A DNA stretch of 64,000 bases from Mobula hypostoma. Taxonomy: Eukaryota. The stretch spans positions 1,862,001-1,926,000 of the forward strand of contig NC_086109.1 in the NCBI RefSeq assembly GCF_963921235.1, given 5' to 3'. This document shows positions 63,720-64,000 of the stretch, piece by piece. How positions within the stretch are numbered: position 1 is the first letter of the stretch; each line of letters begins with the position of its first letter. The position numbers were made by a program, and so were the translations under genes. The notes below the pieces were generated by a model. That model made no database searches, had not been told where the DNA came from, and was given only the letters and a program-made list of their open reading frames with translations.

Positions 63720-64000
63720 CAGAACACTGACAAGGATGCAATCCTGAGGCTTCATTTGGCATTGATCAGACCACACTTGGAGTATTGTGTCCAGTTTTGT
63801 TCTGCTTATTTCAGGAAGAACCTGCTGGCAATGGACAGAGTCCAGGAGACATTCTCAAGATTGGTTTTAGGAAAGTAAGGATTAATATATGAAGATGGTT
63901 TAATGGCTCTGGGCTGTACTCACTGGAATTTAGCAGTATGGGGGAGAGGGAACTCATTGAAAGCTATCCAATATTGAAAGGCCTAGATAGAGTGGATGTG
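63720..64000 (+). mobile_element. CR1 RT fragment running off the window
   Basis: LIRPHLEYCVQFCS.YFRK motif. Confidence 0.85.

Overview
Vertebrate nuclear DNA. The CR1, Penelope, Rex1 and Gmr1 repeat content suggests a cartilaginous fish (shark or ray); this is inference, not a database match. Most of the 64 kb is nested transposon debris. It includes many CR1 LINE pieces (one near full-length at 11450-15688 with an intact SGNH-esterase ORF1), a decayed L1, Gypsy and BEL remnants, solo LTRs, a hAT-like MITE and Penelope remnants. There is also a two-LTR Gmr1-type Gypsy element (46112-52100) with integrase upstream of RT. The unique DNA holds scattered pieces of host genes. A leader-like exon (5452-5498) and a clear transmembrane exon (6066-6236) lie on +. 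An orphan CD2/SLAM-like C2 Ig exon (53654-53941) lies on - with a broken splice donor. A CpG-rich promoter with regularly spaced CCAAT boxes and an E2F-like site (~17880-18070) heads a decayed unknown minus-strand gene. An old ~18-kb-spaced duplication and a consensus CTCF site suggest a rearranged immune-receptor cluster. No complete intact host gene, RNA gene or CRISPR array is visible, and I cannot demonstrate a novel system. Repeat boundaries without TSD or terminal evidence are approximate.
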